Made by a program: the position numbers and the translations under genes
Notes under the pieces: generated by a model
Database searches by the model: none
What the model was told of the DNA's origin: nothing
What the model saw: only the letters and a program-made list of their open reading frames with translations
Shown: positions 1-9,800 of the stretch, piece after piece
Position numbering within the stretch: position 1 is the first letter of the stretch
Layout: the number at the start of each line of letters is the position of its first letter
NCBI RefSeq assembly: GCF_012516395.1
Contig: NZ_CP051206.1
Location: 4,243,334 to 4,283,333, forward strand
Source: Dolichospermum flos-aquae CCAP 1403/13F
Lineage (GTDB): Bacteria; Cyanobacteriota; Cyanobacteriia; Cyanobacteriales; Nostocaceae
Direction: 5' to 3'
DNA length: 40,000 nt

Positions 1-3000
1 ATGAGTAATACTGAATCAAATCAAGAGCAAACAACCTCATTACAAAGGTTACTCCACGCCCTAAAACAAGCTCGTACCCAAATCGAAAATACAGAACGAC
101 AAAAAACTGAACCCATAGCGATTATTGGTATGGGGTTTCGATTTCCCGGTGGAGTGAAAGACCAAGAGACATTTTGGCAACTATTAGATCAGGGAGTAGA
201 TGCTATTACTGAAGTTCCTAGCGATCGCTGGGATGTTGAGCGTTATTATGATCTTAATCCAGATGCACCAGGAAAAATATATACCCGTTATGGCGGGTTT
301 TTAGAACAAGTAGACCAATTTGATCCGCAATTTTTCGGTATTGCTCCCCGCGAAGCCATGGATATGGACCCCCAACACCGATTGTTATTAGAAATGACCT
401 GGGAAGCCATAGAAAATGCCGGCATTGCCCCAGAGCGACTGAAAGGCACGCAAACAGGCCTATTTGTCGGCATGAGTTCCGATGATTATTCCCAACTCAG
501 TTTGAATTTTGAGGATTTAAACAGCGTCGAAGCCTACAGAGGATTAGGGAGCGCTCGCAGTATAGCCGTTGGTCGTTTGGCGCATATTCTGGATTTACAG
601 GGCTTAACGATGCAACTAGATACATCTTGCTCATCTTCCCTATTAGCCATTCATTTAGCCTGTCAAAGTCTGCGTTCCGGTGAATCTCATCTGGCTATAG
701 CTGGTGGTGTGAATTTAATTCTTTCCCCCATGAACACCATCTTGGGATGCAAACTTCGCGCTTTATCAACCGATGGCCGTTGTAAGACCTTTGACGCTGC
801 GGCGGATGGTTATGTCAGAGGAGAAGGGGGTGGTATGGTGTTACTAAAGCGGCTATCTGAGGCAGAAGCTGATGGTGACAACATCCTAGCATTAATTCGG
901 GGTTCTGCCGCCAATCATGATGGTAAAAGTAATGGACTAACAGCCCCTAACGGCTTGGCTCAAGAGGCTGTAATTAAACAAGCTTTAACCAATGCACGTG
1001 TAAAACCAGAACAGATTCAATATGTAGAAGCACATGGTACAGGAACACCTCTAGGAGATCCAATTGAAGTATTGGCATTAGGGAAAGTTTTCTGTCAAGG
1101 TCGCTCAGAGCAAGAACCGTTAATCATTGGTTCAGTTAAAACTAACTTTGGTCACTTGGAAGCCGCAGCGGGAATAGCCAGTTTAATTAAAGTAGTCCTG
1201 TGTTTACAACATCAGCAAATACCGCCCCATTTACACTGCCAAAATCCTAATCCTTATATACCTTGGGATCAACTAGCGATCGCTATTCCCACCGAATTAA
1301 CTCCATTATCTCCCCAAGATAGCCATTTAGCCGGAATTAGCTGCTTTGGCATGAGTGGCACAAATGTACATATTATTGTCGAATCACCCGCAACTCCAGT
1401 CAAAAGTGAGGATGATCCACAACTGCATCTTTTGACCCTTTCCGGCAAAACTGAACAGGGTTTGCGAGATTTAGCCCAAAGTTATGAAGAATTTTTAAAT
1501 CAGCATCCTGACATCTCCATTGCGGATATATGTTTTACTGCAAATACAGGGCGATCGCACTTTGATCATAGACTAGGGATTATTGCCCAATCACATCATC
1601 ACCTGCACCGACAACTAGAGGATTTCCGACAACAGACACCAATTACCTCGGTAATCAGTGGGCAACTGACCAGCAAAAAACGCCCAAAAATTGCCTTTTT
1701 ATTCACAGGACAAGGTTCGCAATATGTGAACATGGGCAAAGAACTATACCAAACCCAACCAGTTTTTCGCCAATCCCTAGACCAATGCGCCCAAATTCTC
1801 AGTTCTGAATTAGAGTATCCACTTTTGGAAATTCTCTATTCACAAACAAGGGAAAATCCTCTAATTAATCAAACAGCATGCACCCAACCAGCCCTATTTG
1901 CCCTAGAATATGCCCTCACCCAACTTTGGCAATCCTGGGGAATTAAACCAGATATAGTCATGGGTCACAGTGTCGGCGAATACGTCGCCGCTTGTGTAGC
2001 CGGGATTTTCAGCCTAGAAGACGGACTCAAACTGATTACCCACCGGGGACGGTTGATGCAGCAGTTACCAGAAGACGGAGAGATGGTAGCAGTCATGGCA
2101 TCAGGGGGACAAGTACAACCAATTATTACCCCCTACAAAGACCAAATAGCGATCGCTGCCTACAACACAGCCAACAGCATAGTCATTTCCGGGGCGAAAA
2201 CAGCCATCAGAGACGTTTGTAACCAATTAGAATCCCAGGGAATCAAAACCAAAAATCTCCAGGTATCTCACGCCTTCCACTCCCCACTCATGCAGCCAAT
2301 GCTGGCAGAGTTTGCCACTGCTTCCGCCCAAATTACCTACAAGCAACCGCAAATTCCCTTAATTTCTAACCTCACAGGAAAACCAGCCACCGCAGACATT
2401 ACCACTGGGCAATACTGGGTAAATCATATCTGCGACCCCGTGAAATTTGCGGATAGTGTCACTACATTAAATCAACTGGGTTATAAAATCTACTTAGAAA
2501 TTGGACCCCAACCCATCTTGTTAGGGATGGTAAATCAACAGGAATCTCCAGTAGTGCCTTTAACCTTACCTAGCCTATATCCAAAACTTCCTGACTACCA
2601 ACAATTACTGCAAAGTCTCGCCACCCTGTATACTCATGGTGTGTCAGTGAATTGGCCAGAATTTCACCAAACTGACACCAACCGTCGCAAAGTTGCCCTA
2701 CCTACCTATCCATTTCGAAGAGAACGCTACTGGATCAATAGACATCTCCAAGGCAAAAATCAGGTCACTCATTCCCCATTCTCTCAAGATCAACAACGAC
2801 ACCCCATTTTAGGATATCGTTTGAGTAATGTAGCAACCTTGCCCCATACTTACATTTGGGAAACACCAATAGATGAATTTTATCTCTCTTGGTTAAAAGA
2901 TCATCAAGTCTGGGATACCGTGATCATGCCCCATACTGGGTATCTGCAAATAGCTTTTGAAGCCACTCAAGCAGCCTTTGGTCAGCCAGGGAATGAAATT

Positions 3001-3231
3001 ACTAATTTAAAACTTTACTATCCTCTGTTTTTGTCAACAGCAGAAGAGCAAAAGATTCAAGTGATTCTCTCCCCCCAATCGGAAAGTAAGATGTTACTGC
3101 AAGTGTATAGCTGTCGCCTCAGTAAATCCTCTTCCACATCAGAGTGGACTTTATACGCAGATGCACAAGTTTCGTCTTCACCAACCTATCCAGAACAAAC
3201 AGATAATTCACGGAGGTTAATAGAAGTATGA
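1..3231 (+). CDS. Type I polyketide synthase subunit: KS-AT-(N-terminal half of DH)
   Basis: 1076-aa ORF beginning at window base 1. KS motifs DTSCSSS (Cys codon 628-630), EAHGTGT, NFGHLEAAAG. AT motifs GHSVGE and HAFH. The C-terminus has HPILG and LKDHQVWDTVIMP (HxxxGxxxxP-type DH His motif). A ~35-aa leader before the KS looks like an inter-subunit docking element. The stop overlaps the next start (ATGA). Confidence 0.9.
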   Translation: MSNTESNQEQTTSLQRLLHALKQARTQIENTERQKTEPIAIIGMGFRFPGGVKDQETFWQLLDQGVDAITEVPSDRWDVERYYDLNPDAPGKIYTRYGGFLEQVDQFDPQFFGIAPREAMDMDPQHRLLLEMTWEAIENAGIAPERLKGTQTGLFVGMSSDDYSQLSLNFEDLNSVEAYRGLGSARSIAVGRLAHILDLQGLTMQLDTSCSSSLLAIHLACQSLRSGESHLAIAGGVNLILSPMNTILGCKLRALSTDGRCKTFDAAADGYVRGEGGGMVLLKRLSEAEADGDNILALIRGSAANHDGKSNGLTAPNGLAQEAVIKQALTNARVKPEQIQYVEAHGTGTPLGDPIEVLALGKVFCQGRSEQEPLIIGSVKTNFGHLEAAAGIASLIKVVLCLQHQQIPPHLHCQNPNPYIPWDQLAIAIPTELTPLSPQDSHLAGISCFGMSGTNVHIIVESPATPVKSEDDPQLHLLTLSGKTEQGLRDLAQSYEEFLNQHPDISIADICFTANTGRSHFDHRLGIIAQSHHHLHRQLEDFRQQTPITSVISGQLTSKKRPKIAFLFTGQGSQYVNMGKELYQTQPVFRQSLDQCAQILSSELEYPLLEILYSQTRENPLINQTACTQPALFALEYALTQLWQSWGIKPDIVMGHSVGEYVAACVAGIFSLEDGLKLITHRGRLMQQLPEDGEMVAVMASGGQVQPIITPYKDQIAIAAYNTANSIVISGAKTAIRDVCNQLESQGIKTKNLQVSHAFHSPLMQPMLAEFATASAQITYKQPQIPLISNLTGKPATADITTGQYWVNHICDPVKFADSVTTLNQLGYKIYLEIGPQPILLGMVNQQESPVVPLTLPSLYPKLPDYQQLLQSLATLYTHGVSVNWPEFHQTDTNRRKVALPTYPFRRERYWINRHLQGKNQVTHSPFSQDQQRHPILGYRLSNVATLPHTYIWETPIDEFYLSWLKDHQVWDTVIMPHTGYLQIAFEATQAAFGQPGNEITNLKLYYPLFLSTAEEQKIQVILSPQSESKMLLQVYSCRLSKSSSTSEWTLYADAQVSSSPTYPEQTDNSRRLIEV
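109..1383 (+). other. KS domain (module 1)
   Basis: EPIAIIGMGFRFPGG ... DTSCSSS ... EAHGTGTPLGDPIE ... KTNFGHLEAAAG ... GTNVHIIVE. The Cys-His-His triad is present. Confidence 0.9.
1687..2580 (+). other. AT domain, malonyl-type (module 1)
   Basis: FLFTGQGSQ, GHSVGE, VSHAFHS. The HAFH motif is associated with malonyl-CoA selection in established AT motif rules. Confidence 0.8.
2800..3180 (+). other. DH domain, N-terminal hot-dog half only
   Basis: HPILGYRL entry motif and DHQVWDTVIMPHTGYLQIAFEA (catalytic His and Pro retained, Gly replaced by Asp). The ORF ends before any YGP or DxxxQ/H motif. Confidence 0.7.
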
Positions 3232-4247
3232 AATTTGGTTTAATGTTCTTTGCCAGCAGTGAAGATGCCCTGGTAGGTGATAAATACAGCCTAGTGATTG
3301 ACAGCGCCCGATTTGCCGATCAGCACGGCTTTAGTAGTATTTGGACACCAGAGCGGCACTTTACTCAATTTGGTAGTTTATACCCCAATCCAGCGGTTTT
3401 GAATGCAGCTTTAGCTAGGGAGACCCAACGGATTCGTTTACAAGCAGGTAGCGTGGTTATGCCTCTGCACCATCCCCTAGAAGTAGCAGAATCATGGTCT
3501 TTAGTAGATAACCTGTCCAATGGACGAGTGGGTATATCTTTAGCGCCGGGTTGGAATCCTGGTGATTTTGCCACCTCTCCAGACAAGTATAGCGATCGCC
3601 ACCAAGCCGTTTTTACCAACTTAGAGATTTTACGCAAACTCTGGCAAGGAGAATCTCTAAAAGTTACCGACGGCAAAGGACAACCCACAGAAGTCCGCAT
3701 TTATCCCACCCCCATACAGCCCCAATTGCCCATTTGGATCACAGCAGCAGGTAATCCCCAAACATACATCAAAGCCGGAGAAGTGGGGGCAAATCTGCTA
3801 ACGCACCTTCTAGATCAAGAGGTGGAAACATTAGGAGAAAAAATCGCCCTCTACCGTCAAGCTAGAGCTAGAAACGGTCATGATCCAGAAGCAGGAATAG
3901 TCTCACTCATGCTGCATACCTTTGTTGGTCAAGATTTTGAGCTAGTCCGTGAACAAGCAAGACTACCTTACTGTAATTACCTCAAAGCCAACATTGGACT
4001 TCTCAAAGGACTAGCCCAAAGTCGAGGTCACGATGTTGATATTAGTACATTGCCTGAGCGAGACTTGAATGATTTTGTTAACTTTTTGTATGATCGCTTT
4101 GCGACATCAAGAGGCTTAATTGGCACTCCTGAGACTTGTCAGAACTTACTAGCACAGTTGGATAGAATTGGTGTTAATGAAGTAGCGTGCTTACTGGATT
4201 TTGGTTTAAGTAAAGAACTGATTCTCCAACAGTTACCTGATCTCAAT
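3228..4247 (+). other. LLM-1: luciferase-like (FMN-type) monooxygenase domain
   Basis: Paralogous to 10378-11430 and 25711-26760. Shared blocks: M.F.L..F, (W)(T/L)PERHF, PNP.V, AGSVV.P.HH/Q, RVAE.W, DN(L/I)S.GRVGIS.A.GW.P.DF, LHTFVG, GTP..C, IGV(N/D)E(V/I)(A/G)CL(L/I)DFG. Confidence 0.85.
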
Positions 4248-6851
4248 CAATTACGAGAAGAGGATCAGGGAATGGGGAACAGGGAACTCTTAACAGGGAA
4301 CAGGAAGCAGGAGTTAGTAACTTCGCACCAGTCCGTTATTCCTGTAGAGTCCCTAGAAACTATTCGTTTGCGTTGTCAAGATCAGAGAAACGCCCGCGAA
4401 TTTTATCAACTACTGCAAGGACATGGGTTACAGTTACAAGCAACCTATCAGGGTATTCAAAATCTGTGGTTAGGTGAACGAGAAGCCTTAGCCCAAATTA
4501 AATTATCAGGTGAGGTAGCCTTTGGTAATGGGTTTCAAGTGCGAGCGGCGGTATTAGATGCCTGTCACCAAGTCTTAGGGGCAACATTACTGGGTAAAAT
4601 CCTATCGGGAGGAATGGAGACTGATACTCAGACTACCCCAGAGAAAATGTCCCTCTATTTACCCACAGGACTCAAGAGTTTTCAAATTTATGAATCTCTA
4701 GGAACGGAAGTTTGGAGTCATGCTGTCCTGCGTCACCATCAAAGCAGTAATTCTAGTGTCGCTGCTCAAGAGATGATAGAAGGAGATATTTATATTTTTA
4801 ATAGTACAGGTAATCTGGTGGTGAAAGTATCTGGTTTGCAGATGCAAAGTACCACGGTTGCAGGTCAATCAACCAGTCAAAAACAGCAAGATCCGAATTT
4901 GTTGTATGAGTTACAATGGCAACCTCAGCCTTGGGTAGAAGTTGCGTCAACCACAACCGAGCCAGGTGTGTGGTTAATATTTGCAGACCAATCTGGAGTT
5001 AGTCAGAATGTAATTGAGTTATTAGAAGCCCAAGGTGATACCTGTTGGATTATTAATCACAGTGAAAACTCCCAGAATCAACCCCAACAGCAAATTGTTG
5101 TGACTCCTGGGGATCAAACCCAGATGCAACAGTTAATGAGTCAGGCTTTAGCGCCAGGACATCCTCTCTGTCGCGGTATACTGCATCTGTGGAGTTTAGA
5201 TGTTACTCCCAGTCAAGCCACCACGTTGCCATCTCTGCAACAGGATCAAACCCTAACTGTCACCAGTTTTTTACATCTAGTGCAAGCAGTTAGCCAAACT
5301 GCTCAGGCTCAAATTCCCCCCATCTGGATTGTGACTCAGGACGTGCAGCAGGTGGGATCAGAAACAACTCCCCGTTCTATTGCTCAAGCTCCGATTTGGG
5401 GTTTAGGACGAGTTGTAGCCACCGAATTGCCCAAGGTGTGGGGAGGATTGGTAGATTTAGATGGAGATAATACACCTGAAGTATCTGCGAAACAATTACT
5501 GCACATATTACAAACAAGCGATCGCGAAGATCAGATTGTTCTCCGTCAAGGACATCCCCATATTCTCCGCCTAGTCAAGAGTCAAAAAACACCAGTTTCA
5601 CCCCAATCTATCCAACTGCAACCAGAAGCTACTTATGCAATTACCGGAGGATTTGGGCATTTTGGACTAGAAAGTGCGAAATGGTTGGCAAAAAAAGGCG
5701 CGAAATCCCTAGCTTTAATCGGCAGACGCACCCCATCCAGTCCAGTCCAGTCCGCCATTAAGGAATTAGAAAAAACTGGAGTTCAAGTCCTGGTTGTTGA
5801 AGCAGATGTGTCCGATGTAACGGGCATGACCGAGGCGATCGCTACCATCCAATCTACCTGTCCACCCTTAAAGGGAATTTTCCACATAGCAGGTTTGAGT
5901 CAACAAAACCTATTGACAAATATCACAACTAATGATATGGATGCCATGTTGCGTCCTAAAGTTTTTGGCACCTGGAACTTACATCAACTCACATTGGATC
6001 TCCATCTCGATTTCTTCTTCAGCACCTCTTCCATGTCTCCCGTATTTGGATCTCAAGGACTAGGACATTATGCTGCGGCTAATTACTTCCTAGATATTTT
6101 TGCCCACTATCGTCACAGTTTAGGACTACCAGCATTAACCGTCAATGTTGGGGCTTTAGCAGGTGGTGGTATGGCTTTAGCTTCACCGGCAGGGGAGAAA
6201 TATACTACCCAAATAGGTTTAAATTTAACTCACCCTAGTGATTTACTAGATGTGGCTGGAGGCTTTTTCTCACAAGCAGATGTAGCGAATATGGTCATTG
6301 CCGATATGGATTGGTCACTATTCAAACCCCTTTATGAAGGGACTACTGGTAAACTGCTTTTAGGACAAATAGAGGCACAAAATAGCGCAACTCAGGCAAA
6401 AATAGGACAACGAGATATCCTTTGGCAACAGTTGGAGACATTACCGGAAAGTGAGCGTTACCAACAAGTAGTGACTCATTTACAACAAGAAGTAGCCAAC
6501 ATCCTCGGTTACTCTGCCAATCAGCCATTGTTTAACCCAGAGGTAGGGTTCTTTGATTTAGGCATGGATTCTTTATTAGCCGTCGCCTTTAAGAATAAGC
6601 TGGAAAATAGCTTAGGTTCTTCTTTGCCAACCGTGTTGATTTTTGAACACCCTAATGTTATTAGTTTAACTGAGTACATCATCACAGAGGTACTTCAGTG
6701 GGAATCTGCAATAGATGATGATAATGTCCAACCAGTGTCACAACCATCAGGCTTGGAAACGGAACTTTCCCAAACAATCCAGGAATTATCCGAACAGACA
6801 TTAGAGGATTTGATTAATCAAAAATTAGCCAGAGCTTTGGAGGATGACTAA
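3228..6851 (+). CDS. PKS subunit: LLM monooxygenase domain-(C-terminal half of DH)-KR-ACP
   Basis: 1207-aa ORF. ATG overlaps the previous stop, with GGAGG at 3211-3215. N-terminus MKFGLMFFAS...FADQHGFSSIWTPERHF...RLQAGSVVMPLHHPLEVAESWSLVDNLSNGRVGISLAPGW is luciferase-like. Then DH-like FYQLLQGHG.../LDACHQVL, KR YAITGGFGHFG...GHYAAAN, and ACP LGMDSLL (Ser codon 6570-6572). Confidence 0.9.
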   Translation: MKFGLMFFASSEDALVGDKYSLVIDSARFADQHGFSSIWTPERHFTQFGSLYPNPAVLNAALARETQRIRLQAGSVVMPLHHPLEVAESWSLVDNLSNGRVGISLAPGWNPGDFATSPDKYSDRHQAVFTNLEILRKLWQGESLKVTDGKGQPTEVRIYPTPIQPQLPIWITAAGNPQTYIKAGEVGANLLTHLLDQEVETLGEKIALYRQARARNGHDPEAGIVSLMLHTFVGQDFELVREQARLPYCNYLKANIGLLKGLAQSRGHDVDISTLPERDLNDFVNFLYDRFATSRGLIGTPETCQNLLAQLDRIGVNEVACLLDFGLSKELILQQLPDLNQLREEDQGMGNRELLTGNRKQELVTSHQSVIPVESLETIRLRCQDQRNAREFYQLLQGHGLQLQATYQGIQNLWLGEREALAQIKLSGEVAFGNGFQVRAAVLDACHQVLGATLLGKILSGGMETDTQTTPEKMSLYLPTGLKSFQIYESLGTEVWSHAVLRHHQSSNSSVAAQEMIEGDIYIFNSTGNLVVKVSGLQMQSTTVAGQSTSQKQQDPNLLYELQWQPQPWVEVASTTTEPGVWLIFADQSGVSQNVIELLEAQGDTCWIINHSENSQNQPQQQIVVTPGDQTQMQQLMSQALAPGHPLCRGILHLWSLDVTPSQATTLPSLQQDQTLTVTSFLHLVQAVSQTAQAQIPPIWIVTQDVQQVGSETTPRSIAQAPIWGLGRVVATELPKVWGGLVDLDGDNTPEVSAKQLLHILQTSDREDQIVLRQGHPHILRLVKSQKTPVSPQSIQLQPEATYAITGGFGHFGLESAKWLAKKGAKSLALIGRRTPSSPVQSAIKELEKTGVQVLVVEADVSDVTGMTEAIATIQSTCPPLKGIFHIAGLSQQNLLTNITTNDMDAMLRPKVFGTWNLHQLTLDLHLDFFFSTSSMSPVFGSQGLGHYAAANYFLDIFAHYRHSLGLPALTVNVGALAGGGMALASPAGEKYTTQIGLNLTHPSDLLDVAGGFFSQADVANMVIADMDWSLFKPLYEGTTGKLLLGQIEAQNSATQAKIGQRDILWQQLETLPESERYQQVVTHLQQEVANILGYSANQPLFNPEVGFFDLGMDSLLAVAFKNKLENSLGSSLPTVLIFEHPNVISLTEYIITEVLQWESAIDDDNVQPVSQPSGLETELSQTIQELSEQTLEDLINQKLARALEDD
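4254..4313 (+). repeat. In-frame GGGAACA-type short repeat block forming the LLM-to-DH linker
   Basis: ggaatggggaacagggaactcttaacagggaacaggaagcagga, translated as EDQGMGNRELLTGNRKQE. It resembles the intergenic heptamer repeats elsewhere in the window. Confidence 0.6.
4335..4862 (+). other. DH domain, C-terminal hot-dog half (degenerate YGP motif)
   Basis: EFYQLLQGHGLQLQATYQGIQNLW (at the position of the Y..YGP.F motif), AAVLDACHQVL (DxxxQ/H motif), LYLPTGLKSFQIY, GDIYIFNSTGNLVVKVSGLQMQ. Confidence 0.6.
4959..6347 (+). other. KR domain (module 1), catalytic Tyr present
   Basis: GVWLIFADQSG structural subdomain, WGLGRV, YAITGGFGHFG Rossmann motif, RPKVFGTWNL, SSMSPVFGSQGLGHYAAAN (Tyr codon 6069-6071). 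No LDD motif (HIAGLSQQNLL). Confidence 0.8.
6450..6692 (+). other. ACP domain (module 1)
   Basis: VVTHLQQEVANILG...FFDLGMDSLLAVAFKNKLE...LIFEHPNVISLTEYI. Followed by an acidic helical C-terminal tail (docking-like). Confidence 0.85.
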
Positions 6852-9800
6852 AATGACTGCTGTTACCGATAACGTTAAAAATCTGTCCTCTTTACAACGG
6901 TCTGTTTTACTCATCGAAAAACTGGAATCTCAAGTTAATCGGCTGAAGTATGCTAAAACAGAACCAATTGCCATTATTGGTATGTCCTGTCGGTTTCCAG
7001 GAAGCGCAAATGATCCTCAAGCCTTTTGGGAAATCCTGAAATCAGGTACAGACGCGGTAACAGAAATCCCTTCCCAACGCTGGAATATTGCTGACTACTA
7101 TGACGAAAATCCCCAGACTCCTGGCAAAATATATACTAAATCAGGGGGATTTTTACCAGAAGTAGACAAATTTGATCCCCAATTTTTTGGCATTTCCTCC
7201 CGTGAAGCCGTAAGTATTGACCCCCAACATCGGTTACTTTTGGAAGTAACTTGGGAAGCCTTAGAAAATGCCGGACATATCCCCCAACGGAATCAGGGTA
7301 GTTCCACAGGGGTTTTTGTCGGTATCACCCTGAATGATTATGGTTCTATTGCTAAACAATCACATTCAGATGTTAGTGTAGAGGCCTATGGAGTCACGGG
7401 ATCACCTTCCTATGCGGCAGCAGGACGGATTTCCTATACCTTCGGGTTTACAGGCCCTTGTATGGCTATTGATACCGCTTGTTCATCTTCCCTGGTAGCG
7501 ATTCATCAAGGGTGTCAAAGTTTACGACAACAAGAATGTCAAATGGCTGTAGTGGGGGGAGTAAATTTGATTTTGCTTCCTGACAGTATGATTGCGACTT
7601 CCAAAGCAAATATGTTGTCTAGCGATGGTCGTTGTAAAACCTTTGATGCTAGTGCTGATGGGATTGGTCGTGGTGAAGGATGCGGGATTTTAGTGATCAA
7701 ACGTCTATCTGATGCAGAAGCTAATGGTGACAAAATTCTGGCAGTAATTCGCGGTTCAGCAGTTAATCAGGATGGTCCTAGCAGTGGGTTGACAGTTCCC
7801 AATGGCAATTCCCAGCAACAGGTGATGCTTCAGGCTTTGAAGATGGCTAAGATAGAAGCGGCTGAGGTAAGTTATGTGGAGGCACATGGTACGGGTACAC
7901 CTCTAGGAGATCCGATTGAGTTGCGATCGCTTGCCAAAATTTACGCTGCTCATCATTCCCAGGATAACCCCTTATTTATCGGTTCGGCTAAAACCAATAT
8001 CAGCCATGTGGAAACTGCTGCTGGGGTAGCAGGAGTAATCAAAGTTATTCTCCAATTACAGCATCAACAAATTGCCCCCCATTTGCACCTAAAAACTCCC
8101 ACAACACACTTCAATTGGCAGGATTTTTCGGTTATAGTCCCTACTAAAATTACCCCCTGGTCTGTCCAATCTGGCAGTCGCATTGGAGTGGTAAACTCTT
8201 TTGGAGCAACAGGAACTAATGCTCATATTATTTTAGCAGAAGCACCTCCACAATTAAAACCTGCCCATTCTTCCCTAGAGAGACCCCTACATTTATTAAC
8301 TCTTTCTGCTAAAACAGAACCAGCATTAAAGGATTTGGTGAAGCGTTATCAGTCTTGGTTAGATATCAATGCCGATTTAAAAATTGCGGATATCTGCTAC
8401 AGTGCGAATACAGGTCGCGGTCATTTCAAGCATCGTTTAGCATTACTTGTTTCTGAAACTCAAGAACTAGCTACAAAACTGGAGAATTTGACCTCACCAC
8501 AGGAACAGATGACAGGAGTATTGCATGGGCAATTATCATCGAATGGTGGTAATCCTAAAGTTGCTTTTTTGTTTACAGGCCAGGGTTCTCAATATGTTGA
8601 TATGGGTCGGGAACTCTATGAAACCCAACCTTTATTTCGTAAGATTATAGAACAGTGTGACACCATTGTGCGATCGCACTTAGAAAAATCACTATTAGAA
8701 ATTCTCTATCCTCAAAATCCCCACGAGTCGGAAACTTCTTTCCTTGATCAAACAAATTATACTCAACCTGCCTTATTTGCCTTAGAATATGCCCTAGCTC
8801 AATTGTGGATCTCCTGGGGCATCAAGCCTAACGCCGTCATGGGGCATAGTGTAGGGGAATATGTGGCAGCTTGTATAGCCGGAGTATTCAGCCTGGAAGA
8901 TGGGTTAAAATTGATTGCCACCCGCGCTCGCTTGATGCAATCTTTACCTGATAATGGGGAAATGTTAGCGGTATTTGCGGATAAAGATCGAGTGATGCAA
9001 GCGATCGCCTCCCATGAAGATAAAGTAGCGATCGCCGCCTATAATGGTTTAGAAAATATCGTCATTTCCGGTGAAAAACAAGCAATTGCAGCAATTAAAA
9101 CCAAGCTGGAAAATGCGGGAATAGATAGCCGCCCCCTCAACACCTCCCATGCCTTTCACTCACCCCTAGTAGACCCCATTCTCAACCAATTAGCACAAGC
9201 TGCTAATCAGATCAAAATCCATCCTCCCCGTATCCCTATCATTAGCAATTTAACGGGACAGACCCTATCAGCAGGTCAACGCTTAGATGGGCAGTATTGG
9301 CAACAGCATAGCCGAGAAGCCGTGAAATTTACGGACGGGTTGAGAACATTAGTAGAACAGGGTTATGAAACTTTTTTAGAAATTGGACCAAAACCGATTT
9401 TATCGAAATTGGGAAATAGGTGTCAATTGGGGGATAACCTATTGTGGCTTCCTTCCCTGGTAACAGGACAACCAGCCCATTCGATATTATTGAATAGTCT
9501 CGCCGAATTATATGTGCGTGGTGCAGACGTAAATTGGTCAGGATTTGACGAAAATTACCCCTTTCAACGGCTGATTTTACCCAATTATCCCTTTCAACGT
9601 CAGCGTTACTGGTTTGAAACACCAGCTTTAGAGAATCGGGAGCAGGAGGTAGGGGTTATTAAATCCGTACCTGCGGTTTTACAAGCAGATACCGCACTCT
9701 CTTCACAACGAGTACAAATTCTTAAAAGCTTGCAATTTCTCATTGGTCAAGCGTTGCAAATTTCCCCAGATGAAGTAGATATTCAGATTCCCTTGGTAGA

